DNA of 64,000 nucleotides from a virus. Positions 33,112 to 42,823 of the stretch are shown here, in pieces (the first letter of the stretch is position 1; the number at the start of each line of letters is the position of its first letter). The notes below the pieces were generated by a model. It made no database searches, was not told the origin of the DNA, and saw only the letters and a list, made by a program, of their open reading frames with translations. The position numbers and the translations under genes are program-made. Location of the stretch: IMG/VR virus record IMGVR_UViG_3300031746_000001; one strand, given 5' to 3'.

Positions 33112-36100
33112 TTAGAGATATTCAACCAAAATCGTTCCATTCCAGTTCTCATTACGCTTGTCAGAAAATGAATAAGTGGTCGAAAAGACCGATTGCACGG
33201 AACCATTCTTGTGAACTTCAAGAACGGTATCCGACATCCCGACATAATTGATATAACAAGATATTTCATCCCCCTCAACAAAGTAGACGGGAGCGACATT
33301 CTTTATCGCTGTCGTTTCCCCGGTAGTAGACCCCCTGAACTGGCATCCGATAATCCTACCCGGAGAAAGCATCTGAACTGAATACTGATTTCCCACTTCA
33401 GTTCCGGCAGAGAAGTATCTACTTGACACACTCGCCGCAGTTCCAAGAGATAAGTGGTCTATGTTCTTTAGACCGTGTGCTCCAACAACCCCAATCCAAT
33501 CAAAGCTGATTCCTACGACAGTATCGCCCGAGAACACATGAACAGGCAACCAGACATTCGCTGGAATATGAGTCGTATGCGAAGCAACCAACTGACCATT
33601 GACATATAGACGACAGACATTTGGGTCCCATTGAATTTCAATCAGATTCCAAGTTCTGGCCGGGATAGCAACGGCTGTCTGTGTTACCGTCCCGTCGTAA
33701 GTTTCAAAGTTTCCGTCGTTATACCGGACATAATAGGATCCGCCGGAATCCCAAAAACCAACAGCGTTTCTGAACACACCAGACCTATCATAATCATCCT
33801 TAACGAACATAGACAATCTACCATACAGCCATGTTCTCTTCGTATACATCTCGCCATAAGAACCTCCGGCGTTCAGAATACTTATCATACTGGACGCAAC
33901 AGAATAGGTTGCACTTGCACCAACCTTAGTCCAGACATTCGTATCAAGGGCATTACCATCAAAATGGTCGATAAAACCCGGAAATCCTTCATAACTAATT
34001 ACCGGAGTTTCTATCGGAGCAATTTCAGAGAACTCAATGTCTGGATGTAGTCTTGTAGCAATATTATCAAGCAACACACCATAATACCCACCCATCGCAG
34101 TAGCATAGGCGGCAGTCGTTCCCCTCCAATAAAATTTCCCGTCACAATAAACATCGAACACATTAACTTTACTTCCGAGACTATTATACAAATAAACTTC
34201 AAGAGTATGCCATTCCCCTGTAGTCAATGTGACTGTAAAGACGCCATCTGTCAAACTACCATAACTTCCGGCATTATCATATCCTACCGTTAGATTAGCT
34301 CCCGACCCTGTGTAATACCAGAATAATCCATGAGCGGTAGCATGATTAAGAGCATCAAACCCAAAACATATCCCGTAGTTATCCGTAGAAGCATTCGGCT
34401 TGAACTTCATCCGAATACGAAGTCCACCGGATGCATTTGCATTGAGAGGAGCCTGACAAAGATAGAATCTTTCACCGGCTGTTCTCGCTACAGGAGCATA
34501 CCATCCGGCAGTATCACTTACCAGATACTCCGCATTTGTGTAGTTTCTATACAAAGCAGGAGAAGGATAACCACTATATCCCGACGCCCCACTGGCACCA
34601 GAGGCCCCTGAGGCGCCTGAAGCACCAGAAAGTCCAGATGCCCCCGTGAACCCACTGAATCCGGAGTACCCTGATAGGCCACTTGCCCCGCTAGCTCCAC
34701 TGGCGCCTGAAGCTCCTCCTGCTCCGGACAGCCCGCTGAAGCCGGATCGTCCGCTGTATCCTGAGTACCCCGACTGACCACTAGCGCCTGAAGCTCCTCC
34801 TGCTCCGGACAGCCCGGAGGCACCCGTGAATCCCGAGAAGCCAGAATATCCAGAGAGTCCGGAAGCTCCACTTGCTCCCGAAAGTCCGGATGCGCCAGTA
34901 GCCCCGGTAAATCCAGAGAAGCCGGAGTAACCTGAAAGACCAGACGCCCCGCTGGCGCCACTCGCTCCGCTGGCTCCCGAAAGCCCTGTAAATCCCGAGA
35001 ACCCGGAATATCCACTTAGACCTGAAGCACCAGACGCACCGCTCGCGCCGGAAGCCCCGCTGAGTCCTGTGAACCCACTGAAACCCGAGTAGCCGCTTAG
35101 TCCGGATGCACCACTTGCGCCTGAAAGTCCCGAAGCCCCTGAAGCTCCGGACAGGCCACTGGCTCCGGTGAAGCCGGAGAAACCCGAGTAACCGGAGAGG
35201 CCAGATGCCCCAGACGCTCCACTAGCCCCACTCGCTCCTGACAAGCCCGTGAACCCGCTGAAGCCGGAGTAACCCGATTGGCCACTAGCTCCGCTCGCCC
35301 CACTAGCCCCGCTGAGACCTGATGCCCCAGTAAATCCCGAAAAGCCGCTATAACCTGACAGTCCACTTGCCCCGGACGCGCCGGAAAGTCCGCTGGCCCC
35401 ACTGGCTCCCGTAAATCCGCTGAAACCTGAGTAGCCACTTTGTCCGGAGGCTCCCGACGCTCCGCTGGCACCGGAAAGACCGGAAGCTCCGCTGGCACCG
35501 GAAAACCCGCTGAGACCGCTATACCCAGACTGACCGGATGCTCCGCTCGCACCACTGGCTCCGCTAAGACCCGAGGCTCCGGACAGCCCTGTGAAGCCGG
35601 AAAATCCCGAGTAGCCGGAAAGTCCAGACGCCCCACTGGCACCGCTGAGCCCAGAGGCTCCCGAAGCTCCGGTGAAACCAGAGAATCCAGAGTACCCGCT
35701 CTGACCGCTGGCTCCACTCGCTCCCGAAGCCCCACTGAGTCCGGAAGCACCAGTGAAGCCAGAAAATCCGGAATATCCGGATTGTCCGCTGGCCCCGCTT
35801 GCTCCCGATGCCCCACTAAGCCCAGAGGCGCCGGTAAAACCACTGAACCCGGAGTACCCGCTTAATCCGCTGGCTCCCGATGCTCCTGAGAGTCCCGATG
35901 CTCCCGATGCGCCTGAGGCGCCAGAGAGTCCAGAAAAGCCAGAGAGTCCGCTATAGCCTGATTGTCCAACAGCCCCGGACGCTCCGCTCGCGCCGGACGC
36001 TCCCGAGAGTCCGGTAAAGCCGCTGAAGCCCGAGTAACCGGATTGGCCGCTGGCGCCGGATGCTCCCGAGGCTCCTGAGAGGCCACTAGCCCCAGTGAAT

Positions 36101-39100
36101 CCCGAAAAGCCTGAGTATCCACTTTGACCGGAAGCTCCGGAAGCACCGGAGGCGCCGGAAAGTCCCGAAGCCCCCGTAAATCCACTGAATCCGCTATACC
36201 CGCTCTGTCCGCTAGCTCCGGAAGCACCACTGGCACCAGAGGCTCCTGAAAGTCCGGAAGCTCCACTAAGCCCTGTGAAGCCGCTGAATCCGGAATAACC
36301 CGATAGACCAGAGGCCCCAGAAGCTCCGCTGGCACCACTAGCTCCGGATGCCCCAGTGAACCCACTGAACCCGGAGTAACCACTGAGGCCGCTGGCACCT
36401 AAAGCTCCACTTGCTCCACTTGCCCCGCTAAGTCCGCTAAACCCGCTGAAGCCGGAGTAGCCGCTTTGACCAGACGCCCCGCTGGCGCCAGAAGTTCCGC
36501 TAAGACCGGAAGCCCCGGTAAATCCCGAGAATCCGGAATACCCGCTGAGCCCGCTGGCTCCACTAAGGCCGCTGGCACCGGAAGCTCCTGAAGCCCCGAC
36601 AGCTCCCGAGAATCCGGAGAGCCCGGAATAACCAGACTGTCCCGAGGCGCCGGAAGTTCCGCTAAGCCCCGACGCTCCCGAAGCTCCGGTAAAGCCCGAG
36701 AAGCCAGAATATCCCGACTGCCCACTCGCTCCGCTGGCGCCGGACGCTCCACTGAGACCACTTTGTCCCGTGAAGCCAGAGAATCCTGAATAACCACTCT
36801 GTCCGCTGGCCCCACTGGCTCCGGAGGCGCCACTCGTTCCAGATAACCCCGAAAATCCGCTGTAACCACTTTGTCCGGAAGCTCCACTTGCTCCGGACGC
36901 ACCAGACGCTCCAACCGCCCCGCTGAATCCGCTAAGACCGCTGTAGCCTGAGAGTCCAGAGGCACCCGAAGATCCACTCGCACCTGAGGCTCCGGACGCT
37001 CCGGATGCTCCGGTGAAACCAGAGAATCCAGAGTACCCGCTCTGACCGCTGGCTCCAGATGCTCCACTCGCACCAGAAAGACCTGATTGCCCGATCGCAC
37101 CGCTGAACCCACTAAATCCTGAATAACCAGACGCGCCTGAAAGTCCCACCGCTCCAGAAAGACCACTGATACCTGAGTACCCACTTTGTCCACTCTCTCC
37201 CGAGGCCCCCGATGCTCCTGAAGTTCCGCTGAGTCCCGATGCTCCGGTGAATCCGGAGAATCCGGAGTAGCCCGATAGTCCCGATGCTCCGGATGCGCCG
37301 GAGGCCCCTGAGGCGCCTGAAGCACCAGTGAAACCAGAAAACCCGCTGTAGCCACTTTGTCCAGATGCCCCAGACGCGCCTGAAGCACCCGAAGCGCCAG
37401 AAAGACCTGTAAAGCCCGAGAACCCGGAATAACCGGACTGTCCGGACGCCCCGCTCGCTCCCGATAGACCAGACGCACCGCTTAGTCCACTGGCCCCGGA
37501 CAAACCCGTGAAGCCTGAAAAACCAGAATATCCGGACTGCCCTGAAGCACCAGACGCACCGCTCGCGCCTGACGCTCCGGATAGGCCGGAAAATCCTGAG
37601 AAGCCCGAATAACCCGACTGACCGCTGGCACCCGAAGCTCCACTGGCTCCCGAAAGACCCGAGGCTCCCGAAGCCCCGGATTGTCCCGTGAACCCACTGA
37701 AACCAGAATAACCGGACTGACCGGATGATCCTACGAAGGACTCTCCGGAAAACCCGCTAAGACCTGAGTAACCAGACTGGCCGGATGCGCCGGAAGCCCC
37801 GCTGGCTCCTGAAGATCCACTGGCACCTGTGAATCCGGAAAATCCGCTATAACCGGATTGACCGCTAGCTCCCGAGGTTCCCGAGGCGCCGGACGCTCCC
37901 GAGGCTCCACTCAGCCCGGAGAATCCGCTGAACCCTGAATATCCTGATTGACCGCTTGCCCCGCTTGCTCCGGAAGCTCCTCCGGCGCCGGAGGCTCCCG
38001 TGAAACCTGAGAAACCGCTGTAGCCGGATGCTCCCGATGTTCCCGACGCACCTGACGCGCCAGAAAGTCCAGAAAGTCCCGAGTAGCCCGACTGGCCAGA
38101 AGCACCCGAAAGACCACTAGCTCCGGATGCCCCTTCTGCTCCGGATTGTCCGCTGAATCCGGAGAAACCAGAGTAACCAGAAGCACCTGAAGTTCCAGAT
38201 GCTCCTGAGGCTCCTGAAGCTCCGCTAGCACCCGAGAGCCCGGTGAATCCAGAGAACCCAGAATACCCAGACTGACCGCTGGCCCCAGATGCACCAGATG
38301 CTCCTGAAGTCCCAGATAGTCCACTGAGACCTGAGAGACCGCTGTAGCCTGATTGTCCCGATGCACCCGAAGTTCCACTTGCACCTGACGCCCCGGATTC
38401 TCCGCTGAACCCGCTGAATCCGGAATACCCCGACTGTCCTGATTGGCCTGATGCACCACTCGCTCCACTCTGCCCTGATGCTCCTGTGAACCCGGAAAAC
38501 CCGCTGTAACCCGATTGTCCCGAGGCTCCGCTGGTCCCGGAGGCACCAGACGCCCCGGACTCCCCCGTGAACCCCGAGAACCCCGAGTATCCCGACTGGC
38601 CGGAGGCTCCACTGGCACCCGATGCTCCGGATAGGCCGGAAGCCCCAGTAAAGCCGGAAAAGCCGGAATACCCGCTCTGCCCACTCGCGCCTGACGTTCC
38701 TGACCCCCCAGAAGCCCCAGAAAGGCCACTCTGGCCTGAGAACCCGCTGGCTCCCGAGTAACCGGACTCCCCTGACGTCCCGGATGCACCTGAGGCCCCT
38801 GAGGCGCCTGACAGGCCGGAGGCCCCGGACTCCCCCGAGAATCCTGAGAACCCGCTGTAACCGCTGGCCCCCGATACCCCCGTAGCCTCCCCACTGAACC
38901 CCGAGAATCCCGAGTAACCCGACGCTCCACTGGGCCCCGACCCTCCCGATTCTCCGCTGTAACCAGAAAGGCCGGAATAACCGGACGCTCCGGTCCCTCC
39001 CGCCCCACTGAAGGTGATCGTCTGGCCGTCCTGGGTAACGTCGACACCGCTATACCCCTGAAAGAGAACATTCCCGGTTGCGGGAGGAGGCGCAATAGGA

Positions 39101-39315
39101 GAAACAAGCCCGATCGAGTGGACCCCCTCGTGGACGTGATCCCTCCGGCTGACCTGTCTCTCATCTCCGGAATAGCCGGACTGACCGACAGGCTCCGGGA
39201 GTCCCCGCCCGTAGATCTCGTTATTCAGGTGCCAGCTAAATACGGAAGACGGAAGAGATTTCGATATGCCATCCGGGCTCTTCCGTTCTCCGCGAATGTC
39301 TCGTGGATCAGCCAT
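33112..39315 (-). CDS. giant Gly-X-Ser collagen-like fibre protein with C-terminal ConA/GH16-like lectin domains
   Basis: SRRDHVH fibre motif, about 1470 aa of G-X-S triplets, then jelly-roll motifs (WHTLEV, YGRL, WNLIEIQW...YVNG). Confidence 0.85.
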   Translation of the reverse strand: MADPRDIRGERKSPDGISKSLPSSVFSWHLNNEIYGRGLPEPVGQSGYSGDERQVSRRDHVHEGVHSIGLVSPIAPPPATGNVLFQGYSGVDVTQDGQTITFSGAGGTGASGYSGLSGYSGESGGSGPSGASGYSGFSGFSGEATGVSGASGYSGFSGFSGESGASGLSGASGASGASGTSGESGYSGASGFSGQSGLSGASGGSGTSGASGQSGYSGFSGFTGASGLSGASGASGASGQSGYSGFSGFTGESGASGASGTSGASGQSGYSGFSGFTGASGQSGASGASGQSGQSGYSGFSGFSGESGASGASGTSGASGQSGYSGLSGLSGLSGTSGASGASGASGQSGYSGFSGFTGLSGASGASGASGASGTSGASGYSGFSGFSGQSGAEGASGASGLSGASGQSGYSGLSGLSGASGASGTSGASGYSGFSGFTGASGAGGASGASGASGQSGYSGFSGFSGLSGASGASGASGTSGASGQSGYSGFSGFTGASGSSGASGASGASGQSGYSGLSGFSGESFVGSSGQSGYSGFSGFTGQSGASGASGLSGASGASGASGQSGYSGFSGFSGLSGASGASGASGASGQSGYSGFSGFTGLSGASGLSGASGLSGASGASGQSGYSGFSGFTGLSGASGASGASGASGQSGYSGFSGFTGASGASGASGASGASGLSGYSGFSGFTGASGLSGTSGASGASGESGQSGYSGISGLSGAVGLSGASGYSGFSGFSGAIGQSGLSGASGASGASGQSGYSGFSGFTGASGASGASGASGSSGASGLSGYSGLSGFSGAVGASGASGASGASGQSGYSGFSGLSGTSGASGASGASGQSGYSGFSGFTGQSGLSGASGASGASGQSGYSGFSGFTGASGASGLSGTSGASGQSGYSGLSGFSGAVGASGASGASGLSGASGLSGYSGFSGFTGASGLSGTSGASGASGQSGYSGFSGFSGLSGASGASGALGASGLSGYSGFSGFTGASGASGASGASGASGLSGYSGFSGFTGLSGASGLSGASGASGASGASGQSGYSGFSGFTGASGLSGASGASGASGQSGYSGFSGFTGASGLSGASGASGASGQSGYSGFSGFTGLSGASGASGASGAVGQSGYSGLSGFSGLSGASGASGASGLSGASGASGLSGYSGFSGFTGASGLSGASGASGASGQSGYSGFSGFTGASGLSGASGASGASGQSGYSGFSGFTGASGASGLSGASGASGLSGYSGFSGFTGLSGASGLSGASGASGASGQSGYSGLSGFSGASGASGLSGASGASGASGQSGYSGFSGFTGASGASGLSGASGASGLSGYSGFSGFTGASGLSGASGASGASGQSGYSGFSGFTGLSGASGASGASGASGLSGYSGFSGFTGASGLSGASGASGLSGASGASGLSGYSGFSGFTGLSGASGASGASGASGLSGYSGFSGFTGLSGASGASGASGASGLSGYSGFSGFTGATGASGLSGASGASGLSGYSGFSGFTGASGLSGAGGASGASGQSGYSGYSGRSGFSGLSGAGGASGASGASGASGLSGYSGFSGFTGASGLSGASGASGASGASGASGYSGYPSPALYRNYTNAEYLVSDTAGWYAPVARTAGERFYLCQAPLNANASGGLRIRMKFKPNASTDNYGICFGFDALNHATAHGLFWYYTGSGANLTVGYDNAGSYGSLTDGVFTVTLTTGEWHTLEVYLYNSLGSKVNVFDVYCDGKFYWRGTTAAYATAMGGYYGVLLDNIATRLHPDIEFSEIAPIETPVISYEGFPGFIDHFDGNALDTNVWTKVGASATYSVASSMISILNAGGSYGEMYTKRTWLYGRLSMFVKDDYDRSGVFRNAVGFWDSGGSYYVRYNDGNFETYDGTVTQTAVAIPARTWNLIEIQWDPNVCRLYVNGQLVASHTTHIPANVWLPVHVFSGDTVVGISFDWIGVVGAHGLKNIDHLSLGTAASVSSRYFSAGTEVGNQYSVQMLSPGRIIGCQFRGSTTGETTAIKNVAPVYFVEGDEISCYINYVGMSDTVLEVHKNGSVQSVFSTTYSFSDKRNENWNGTILVEYL
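34565..38990 (-). repeat. Gly-X-Ser triplet repeat with higher-order SGYSGFSGF(T/S)G units
   Basis: Gly at every third residue apart from two short breaks near the N-terminal end; synonymous codons heavily varied. Confidence 0.95.
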
Positions 39316-39326
39316 TCAAATCGGCT

Positions 39327-39725
39327 TTAGTTATGTCCGTTACCGTTCCTTGGAGTATAGATTCGCATCCCTCGACAGGATACGCACTTGAGCTTGCCGC
39401 GCCGCTTCAGCTCCGTCAAAATCGTGGAAGCCTTGGGGATCGTCAATCCCAGATGAAGGGCAAACTGGGTTGGCGTAATTCCCCCTCGCTCCGCCATCCT
39501 CAATGCGGCTACGTGGACAAAAAACTCCTTCACCCGGGAGGAGCTTTTGAGCCTTGCCCGAAGAGCCCGAGTGATCATGTCGTCGTCTACGGGTAGAATC
39601 TCGCTCCAGATCGTCTCGCGATAGCCCTTAAGGAAGTTCTTCGCCTCGCCATCATCATACCGCCCAGCTGAAATCAGAGCATTAGAAACAAGCTCGTAGG
39701 ACAACGTCTTGAAGCCGTTTCGCAT
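39327..39725 (-). CDS. winged-HTH protein, putative
   Basis: ITPTQFALHLGLTIPKASTILTELKRRG. Confidence 0.55.
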   Translation of the reverse strand: MRNGFKTLSYELVSNALISAGRYDDGEAKNFLKGYRETIWSEILPVDDDMITRALRARLKSSSRVKEFFVHVAALRMAERGGITPTQFALHLGLTIPKASTILTELKRRGKLKCVSCRGMRIYTPRNGNGHN

Positions 39726-39744
39726 ATCGCATCCCTCACTTTCT

Positions 39745-40425
39745 CTAATACGAAGTGAACTTCTCTCTTCCCAACCACCTGACCGTTCCGGAATACTGTG
39801 AAATCTCTGTAAACGTAAGCTCCACAGACGCCAGTCTCGGCGTTCCGTCCTCAAACCAAGCCTTGTAGCCGATCGAGCAATTCGTCATGACACACGGCAG
39901 GATATCCGCTCCCTGCTTAGGAAGGATTCGAAGGTGGGTCTTTGGAAAGTAAAGAAGCAGGAGAGGCGGCGACTGAATGGGCAGGTTGCCGTCGCCGGTG
40001 TCGTAACGCCCCGTTTTCATCGACCGGAGAATCTTGATGTGCTGGTTAATATCTACGTTATACTTGCTCTCCTTCTCGGGAGATAGATCAAAAGAGGAAC
40101 GGTTGACCTCCCGGTACAGCACCGCAGCGAAGGAGACCGTCCGCTCCCCTCCTCCCGTCCACTGGTAGATCGGCACGGGGGCAAAAGGAACATCGATGCC
40201 AGCCCAGGTGACCCCACCGCCGTCGTCGGTCAGGGTCTCAGGGAAGAACTGAAGTTTCAAAACCAGATTGTCGGCGTTGTAGAATTTTCTCTCAAGAGCC
40301 CGGGTCATTTGAAGGGTTTGACCTCCCCCCTGCTTGCTCAGGATGTAAACATTAGCCAGCTTCCTTCTTCGCTTGAGGAAGTAACCCTTAAACGCCGAGG
40401 AAGCAATGCTACCGAGGTCAGGCAT
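39745..40425 (-). CDS. tail-tube-like / tube initiator protein (CIS_tube-like)
   Basis: LQFFPETL, SPP.LLL, CVMT......W..DGTPR.A.VEL.F.E. Confidence 0.7.
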   Translation of the reverse strand: MPDLGSIASSAFKGYFLKRRRKLANVYILSKQGGGQTLQMTRALERKFYNADNLVLKLQFFPETLTDDGGGVTWAGIDVPFAPVPIYQWTGGGERTVSFAAVLYREVNRSSFDLSPEKESKYNVDINQHIKILRSMKTGRYDTGDGNLPIQSPPLLLLYFPKTHLRILPKQGADILPCVMTNCSIGYKAWFEDGTPRLASVELTFTEISQYSGTVRWLGREKFTSY

Positions 40426-42316
40426 TGGGTATCACCTCGTCGATACAGACCCGGAATCCCACGTCCGTACCTGGGGCATCATCAAATCCCTTCACGAACG
40501 ACAGGTAGTAGGGCGAGCGCCCGGACCCGTCACTCCACTTCATCCCCCGAATAGCCGCCCGGGATCCTGCCGGGGCGATAAAGATATCCTTCTCCGTGGA
40601 CGAGGCTCCGAGCGGAATGAGAAGCCCCTGAAGGAAGGCGTCGGTCATGAAGGACACCATCGACCCCCCGACATAAGGAGGGCTCGTGAGTGGATGGTTA
40701 GTCATCTGCGGACAGAGAGCCACGACGGGCGTACCGAGCGCATGGACAGTTCCGGTCGTCCCGTTGTAAGCCCGCTCCACGTAGAGAGTCCAAGCCCCGC
40801 CTCCCATGCCGGAAGGTGCTGTCACCAGCATCTGCTCGTTCTCCACCTGCAGGATATCGCCGGTGAGAAACTCCTGTCCGGCAGTCCTGTTCGAGATGAC
40901 GTTATTCACCCGGATAACGTCCCCGTCGATAGGCTCTTCCATTCCCCACTGGTAGAGAATCCCCCGGGATCCGCTAGGCATGCACAGGAAGGTCTCGGCG
41001 ATGTACCCCTGATCTCCTACGGAATAGCTTATTCCCAGAGGAGCAGTCGTGAACCGGAGGACCTTGCTCCCTAGGTTCTCGGCATCCGTGAAGGCCACGT
41101 TCTCCGTAGCCCCCACAGCGTTCGCAAGGGTAAGGCTTCCCGTCACCTGCAGTCCGTCGATGTAATCGAGTCGCATCGAAACCTCCGTGCCCCCCGAAGG
41201 CGCCGAGGCGACGAACCGCCCATGACGGTAGACGGTCAGAAGAGACGAGCTGATCGTAAGATCGATGAGCTCCCGCACGTTCCCGAAGAAGTCGGAGATC
41301 CCAGGAACCCGGTTGTTGTGTGCCCACTTAGTCGGTCCGGACCCGGTCAGGAGCCGGTTCATCCGGTATGCCCCTCCGGAGAACTCAAGACCGAGGGCCG
41401 CCCCGTAGGTCGGGTCGGGGATCCCGTAACTGTCCGGAACAGCCGAATCCCCGTAATCCCTCCCGTAGTAGTTCGACCCCTTCTGATCGGCTCCAAAGAT
41501 GACGTTGAGCCACAAGATCGTCGCCCACTCGTAGCCGTTCATAAGATGGCCGAACCGCCCGTTGATATTTCGTCTCGCGGCCGTCTGCCTGGCGGCATTG
41601 TAGCTGAGATTGCACCACGGCGGGACGCCCTGCCGAGAGGTTGGAACATGGATGGCCGACCCGACAGAAGCCGTCCACGGAGAAGCTGTCGGCATGCTAT
41701 TTTCGTAAGCATCCACCCAGAACCCGCCCAGGTTGAGAGTCTGCGAAGGGAAGCATGGCGATCCACTAATCAGCGACCCTGAAGGAATCGCGAACGGAGG
41801 GATATAGACCATCGTGCTCTCCACAACCGGTCCGGACTCGACCCTGGACCCCGAGGGGACCGACGTCCCATAACCGCTCACCCATAACGTCGTAGGATGT
41901 CCGTCAATGGGAAGGGGATTGTAAGCCCCTGTCCCCCAGATATGCTCGATCCGGCACACTTTCCCGTTGATAGCGATCGCTTCGCCAAACCCATATTCAG
42001 TTCTCAGGTCTTGGGTATTAATCTTAACGGACGACCACTTCATGGAGGCCTCGTAACTTCCAGAGGCATCGGTCTTCACGCACTTCGAATAGTGCGGGAA
42101 AGTCTTAATCTGGACCTCGGACAACAGCCTCTGCCGGAGCCACCGGGAATTGTCCGAGATGTTTCGTCCGACCCGGTTCAAGACGTCCGCTTCGATTCCC
42201 TCCGTCGTGCCGTCCCATGCCACCAGAGGCTCCCCGTTCATCATCCAGTAGAGAGCCATAAGAGCAGAGTCGAAAAAGTCTAAACTCCCCTTCTCGAGAA
42301 CCGATTTATCAGACAT
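40418..42316 (-). CDS. tail fibre / adhesin with FGE-type C-type-lectin fold (Mtd-like)
   Basis: GFWVDAYE, HLMN.YEW, GISD..GNV.E, RG..W, VGFRVC. Confidence 0.65.
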   Translation of the reverse strand: MSDKSVLEKGSLDFFDSALMALYWMMNGEPLVAWDGTTEGIEADVLNRVGRNISDNSRWLRQRLLSEVQIKTFPHYSKCVKTDASGSYEASMKWSSVKINTQDLRTEYGFGEAIAINGKVCRIEHIWGTGAYNPLPIDGHPTTLWVSGYGTSVPSGSRVESGPVVESTMVYIPPFAIPSGSLISGSPCFPSQTLNLGGFWVDAYENSMPTASPWTASVGSAIHVPTSRQGVPPWCNLSYNAARQTAARRNINGRFGHLMNGYEWATILWLNVIFGADQKGSNYYGRDYGDSAVPDSYGIPDPTYGAALGLEFSGGAYRMNRLLTGSGPTKWAHNNRVPGISDFFGNVRELIDLTISSSLLTVYRHGRFVASAPSGGTEVSMRLDYIDGLQVTGSLTLANAVGATENVAFTDAENLGSKVLRFTTAPLGISYSVGDQGYIAETFLCMPSGSRGILYQWGMEEPIDGDVIRVNNVISNRTAGQEFLTGDILQVENEQMLVTAPSGMGGGAWTLYVERAYNGTTGTVHALGTPVVALCPQMTNHPLTSPPYVGGSMVSFMTDAFLQGLLIPLGASSTEKDIFIAPAGSRAAIRGMKWSDGSGRSPYYLSFVKGFDDAPGTDVGFRVCIDEVIPNA

Positions 42317-42325
42317 GATGATCTC

Positions 42326-42811
42326 CTATAGCGTGAGAGTCCAGATGTAAGTAAGCGTGATGGCCCCCGTCTTGACAGGGGGAGGAACGAACACTGCCCG
42401 GGCGAACATCCTTTGACCTGACGTCCCGAAGTCTGGATCCGAAGAAACCGTATCGCTAAAAATTCCGGCCTCCCCGATGGCCTTATCGTTCAAGGCATCC
42501 GAAAGGGGAATGGTATAAGTAACCTGAACCTGCGTCCCACTCGGATACGTCGGGGAATCCACGGCCCTATTCTCTCCATAGTCTCCGGCAAGAGCGGTAT
42601 TGCTAACCCCCAGACCACTCGTAGAGCTTCCAAACCGGATATACTTAATCGCAGGCAACGCTCCCAGAGCATCGTTTCCAAGACGCCTGCGAACGAGCGT
42701 TCGTAAAACGTCCACGATCATGTTGCTGACTACCCGGCGCCACACCTCTTCGCCGGTGGCATTCCGGGCAACGACCTCAACAGTCCCCCGCATCCTCAAA
42801 TGATCTTCCAT
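42326..42811 (-). CDS. baseplate / tail-fibre attachment protein
   Basis: NMIV...I.FG...EAGIF...MFAR pattern; position in cluster. Confidence 0.6.
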   Translation of the reverse strand: MEDHLRMRGTVEVVARNATGEEVWRRVVSNMIVDVLRTLVRRRLGNDALGALPAIKYIRFGSSTSGLGVSNTALAGDYGENRAVDSPTYPSGTQVQVTYTIPLSDALNDKAIGEAGIFSDTVSSDPDFGTSGQRMFARAVFVPPPVKTGAITLTYIWTLTL

Positions 42812-42823
42812 GATTCCTTCTCC

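Noticed and set aside
34518-39164. Alternative-frame ORFs within the GXS repeat (e.g. 36399..37478, 37911..39164)
   Set aside because: They are by-products of Ser/Gly/Ala codon repetition giving few stops; the products are low-complexity Pro/Arg-rich sequences.
40418-40600. Active diversity-generating retroelement
   Set aside because: No reverse transcriptase or template repeat was seen in the window; only the target-like fold is present.
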